From Felis catus (taxonomy: Eukaryota): a stretch of DNA of 64,000 bases. The notes under the pieces were generated by a model that was given only the letters and a program-made list of their open reading frames with translations, was not told where the DNA came from and did not search any database. The stretch covers positions 83,578,001 to 83,642,000 of the forward strand of contig NC_058368.1 of assembly GCF_018350175.1 (NCBI RefSeq). The letters are read 5' to 3'. The position numbers and the translations under genes are program-made. This document shows positions 52,219 through 64,000 of the stretch, piece by piece; position 1 is the stretch's first letter, and every line of letters starts with the position of its first letter.

Positions 52219-52339
52219 TATTTTCATGTTCATAATTATTGTTCTTTTATTTCTTCTTGAAGAATTATTTTTGGATTTTTTGTAAGGTATTTCTTGTGTA
52301 AAGGAACTCCCTCAGCTTTTGTTTGTTTGGGGAAGCTTT

Positions 52340-52860
52340 TTTTAATTTTTAATTTTAATTTTAATTTATTTTGAGAGAGAGAAAGAGAGTGAGCAGGGGA
52401 AGGGCAGAGAGAGAGGGGGACACAGAATCCAAAGCAGGTTCAGGCTCCGAGCTGTCAGCACAGAGACCAATGTGGGGCTTGAACTCATGAACTGTGAGAT
52501 CATGACCTGAGCTGAAGTCAGATGATTTAACTGACTGAGCCACCCAGGTGCCCCTGGGGAAGTTTTTATTTTACCTTCACCTAAATAATTACTTTGCCCA
52601 AAAATGTATTTTGGGGGGCATGTGGGTGACTCAGTCAGTTAAGAGTCCTACTCCTGATTTTGTCTCAGGTCATGATCTCTCTGACCATGTGATGGAGCCC
52701 CATGTGTGCTGACATCATGGAGCCTACTCAGGATTCACTCTCTCATTCTCTCTCTGCCCCTCCCCTGCTCACACAACCTTTCTCTCTCTCAAAATAAGTA
52801 AATAAATACATACATACATAAATAAATAAATAAAATTAAAAATAATAATAATTAAAAAAA
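52340..52860. mobile_element. Two CanSINEs: 52340-52554 (-) and 52614-52860 (+)
   Basis: The first has TSD tggggaag; the second has a (TACA)/(TAAA) tail. Confidence 0.9.
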
Positions 52861-52864
52861 TGAA

Positions 52865-60875
<8,011 letters not shown>

Positions 60876-61171
60876 ACACCTCAGATCAGAAATCACCTTG
60901 TGCATGAACCTTCCACAAGTCTTCCTTCCATATGAGTTAATATTTTCCACCATCCCATATGCATTCTGAATCTTAAAAAATACCACATAGCAGAATTATT
61001 AATCCTCTCTAAATACCTCTAAGGTTGGACGATGTAGATCAATGTAGTGTCCAATAAATGTGGGAAGCTAACTGTACTGTCTCAGTAATAAAAAGCCACT
61101 TTAAAAATCACATTTTCATACTATTTTGTGTCACATTGCCACCAGACAGAAAATAAAAACTCAAGAAATAA

Positions 61172-61215
<44 letters not shown>
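61172..61215. repeat. (GT)n(GA)n compound microsatellite
   Basis: Read directly from the sequence. Confidence 0.9.
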
Positions 61216-61813
61216 CTGTATTAAATATTTATTTAGAGCTAATTTCAATTTTGTTGAAAAATATGAATAAGAGTGATATTATTCATCATAATGAGTGTTC
61301 AAAGTGTTCAGAGTGTTCAAAGAACACTCATATACTCTTTACCTAGAATCATCTATTACTAACATTCTACCTGCTCTGCTTCATCGCTTCTCTGTCAGTC
61401 TAAATTTTTCTCTCTTTCTCTCCCTTTTTTACTCCCTCCCTCCTTCTCTCTCTATATCCTTTTTTTCCTCATTTCTGTTTGAGAAAATTTCTTATCTCCA
61501 CATGGCCTTTATCCTCTAAATATTTCATTACGTATTTCATAAGAATGGGGATATTCTTCTATACACTAAGAGTGTAGCTATAAACTTTAGTCAGTGTTAC
61601 ATCAAAATATTACAACACTACACTACCCTTTAGTGGAGGAGTTTATAACCAAAGACACTTGTAATATTGAAGCAATTCATAAAGTAGTTTGTGAATATGA
61701 TGTAAGATGCCATGGTATTAGCGGCTAAGAAATATCACTGGCATAAATTTCTAAATTTCTGATGTGTAGAATGAAGAAAAACACATTAACATCTAAATTT
61801 TGTATTTTCTAAT

Positions 61814-62759
61814 TTATTGAAAGACAGTTCCCACATTCAACATTTTCTTTAAAGTCCTTGTGACATCTTTATTCCTCAGACTATAGATTAAAGGGTTTAG
61901 CAGTGGAAGGAGGATGGTATAAAAAACAGATACCATTATGTCCTTTTCAGGGATGTAGTGAAAGCTGGGAAGCATGGAGTTGTAGACTCCAGCCCCAAAA
62001 AAGAGGATAACAACAGTCATATGGGAGGAAAAAGTTGCAAAGGACTTCTTCTGGCTCTTTGCTGAGTTCATCCTGTAGATGGTGAGGAGGATGAAAAAAT
62101 AGGAGTTTGAAATGACTCTCACTGGGAAAAGGAGCCTGAGGACACAACACAGGTACATGAGTGTCTCATGGAGGGAAGTGAGCAGGAAAGCTTTACTATG
62201 TCAGGAACTTCACAGAAGAAATGATGGATCTCCAGAGATCTGCAGAAAGGGAATGCCATGGTGACAGATGTGAGCATGAATCCATCCACAGATGCCAGAA
62301 ACCAGCAGCCAAATACCAGTAGGAGACAAACCCTATGGTTCATGATGACAGGATAATAAAGAGACTGGCAGAGGCAACATAGTAGTCATAGGCCATGGTG
62401 GCTAGAAGGAAACATTCTGAACCTCCTAGTATCACATAGAGAAACATTTGTATCCCACAGTCGAGGGTTGAGATCTTATTCACACCCATAACCTGGTCCA
62501 TAAGCATCTCGGGCACAGTGATATAAATGTACATTACATCCATGGGAGACAACTGGCTGATGAAAAAGTACATAGGGGTGTGCAGATAAGCATCACAGTA
62601 TATCAGAAATATCAGGATAGAGTTTCCAGACAATACCAACAAGAAAAACACAAAAATGACCACACAGAGGAGAGTTGGGTGTTTTGACTGACTGAAAATT
62701 CCCACCAGGATGAAATCAGACTGTGCCGTTTCATTGACCACCCGAGTTTTGTTGTCCAT
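61814..62759 (-). pseudogene. OR2T-family olfactory receptor pseudogene, paralog of 16743-17699
   Basis: Three consecutive ORFs (62340-62759, 62119-62343, 61814-62158) together rebuild a full OR. There is a 1-bp deletion after MAYDYYVA (~62372) and a 4-bp deletion after KLSCS (~62180). The DRY motif is changed to DYY and ATCSSH to ATFSSH. Confidence 0.93.
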
Positions 62760-64000
62760 GAGGTTTCACCTAGACACAAGTTCATTGAGACCTCAAATTC
62801 AGCAAGGAAAGCTTTGGAGGCAATTGGTCATTTATAAAATGCAATAACCTGAAATGATTTAAGAAATGCTTACTGAAAAAAAGGAAAAAAAAAGAAATGC
62901 TTACTGAGAGTTTTTGTGTTAATGTTTGTGTACATCAACATGTGCTAAAAAGAAGAAGTCCCATGGGCCTATATATAGGGGATTATTAATCACTTATGAT
63001 TTAATGAACTTATCACAAAACTAAAAATTTACAAATGTGGGTCAGAATGGTTGCTAACTAATATTGAAATTGCCACAGTTCACATCATCACATTTCATCA
63101 TGATAGATAATGTCATACATTAACATATATTTACAGAGAGGCTAACTTAAGCATATATGGCAAATCACTGAATCATTGAAAATATAAATAAAAATTATAT
63201 TTCTAGAATTTTTGTTGTACAAGTCTAAATTTATTTAACATCAATGCTTTGAGTACCAACAATAATATTAAAAATTCTTGGAAGTATATTCAATGTAAGG
63301 AAGATGTAGAAGCAAATTAAACATAATTGGAGAAAAACCATACCAAATATTAGAGACCCTTGTACCTATAGGAGCAGACTTCCCTGTGAGGTTTTTGTGG
63401 TTGTGTACAGTGAGCAATGCACACACCAGGGAAAGGTCAGGTTTCTCACACATGAATGACCCTTTAGAGACCTATGAGCCTTTAGATGAGATACTTAGAA
63501 TCTCAGCAACCATAGACCCAACTTCCCCCCTTTACTCACCATTTCTGTGTCCACTCTATATAAAACAAAGGATAAGCTTAATTTTGGAGCTCAGGTGTGG
63601 CGAGGATTGAGGGGAAATAATAAAACTACTTAGAACATTACCAGTTACAGATACACACATATACTTTTAGTTAAAAGAGTTCATATCAATGTTAATTATT
63701 ATGAAGGATCAATGTAAGAAATAGCTGTGACTATTACCATCTTATGATGCAAGATGCATTACTTCACATGGTTTAACATCTATTCATATATTTAAAAATT
63801 TAGAATTGATCATTTCTGTATCTCCAACAACTTGAATAAGGTGTGTGTTTATGTTTATTTATTTTGACATGTACTTATTCCATACAAATATACATAAACA
63901 AATAAACATATAATTGATCATGTAATATATATTTATATATTTTGACTATGTATATATATACATATATATATAACTTTTTATTTTTTATTTTTTAATGAAA

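Larger units (their letters stand above)
23275..52612 (-). mobile_element. Ancient L1 (L1MA-like) broken into pieces: ~23275-24870, 26498-26557, 32793-33128, 47340-49370, 50515-51150, 52221-52612
   Basis: The pieces are colinear on the minus strand from 3'UTR through ORF2 toward ORF1, and resume across each nested insertion. Confidence 0.72.

Overview
Mammalian genomic DNA, almost certainly felid (cat-type CanSINEs and a young felid-type L1 3' end), from an olfactory-receptor cluster. It contains one intact OR2T-family gene (16743-17699, -) and a frameshifted paralog (61814-62759, -), each inside a duplicated block of about 3 kb, about 45 kb apart. Most of the rest is nested transposable-element debris. 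This includes about 32 CanSINEs, four L1s that retain a 5'UTR, several truncated or inverted L1s, a decayed two-LTR class I ERV provirus with a 4-bp TSD, solo LTRs, two Tigger DNA transposons and microsatellites. I find no convincing evidence of a new multi-gene system. The most notable signals are (i) a TSD-flanked tailless retrocopy of a 5' tRNA-Gln(CTG) half whose only mismatch falls at the m1G9 position, (ii) a 27-bp templated insertion copied from a SINE/L1 junction 2.5 kb away, (iii) a twin-primed young L1 carrying a foreign L1 fragment at its inversion junction, and (iv) one ancient L1 stretched over about 29 kb by nested insertions. Repeat family names and the tRNA reference come from recalled consensus sequences, not from a database search. 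Repeat boundaries are approximate unless a TSD is quoted.
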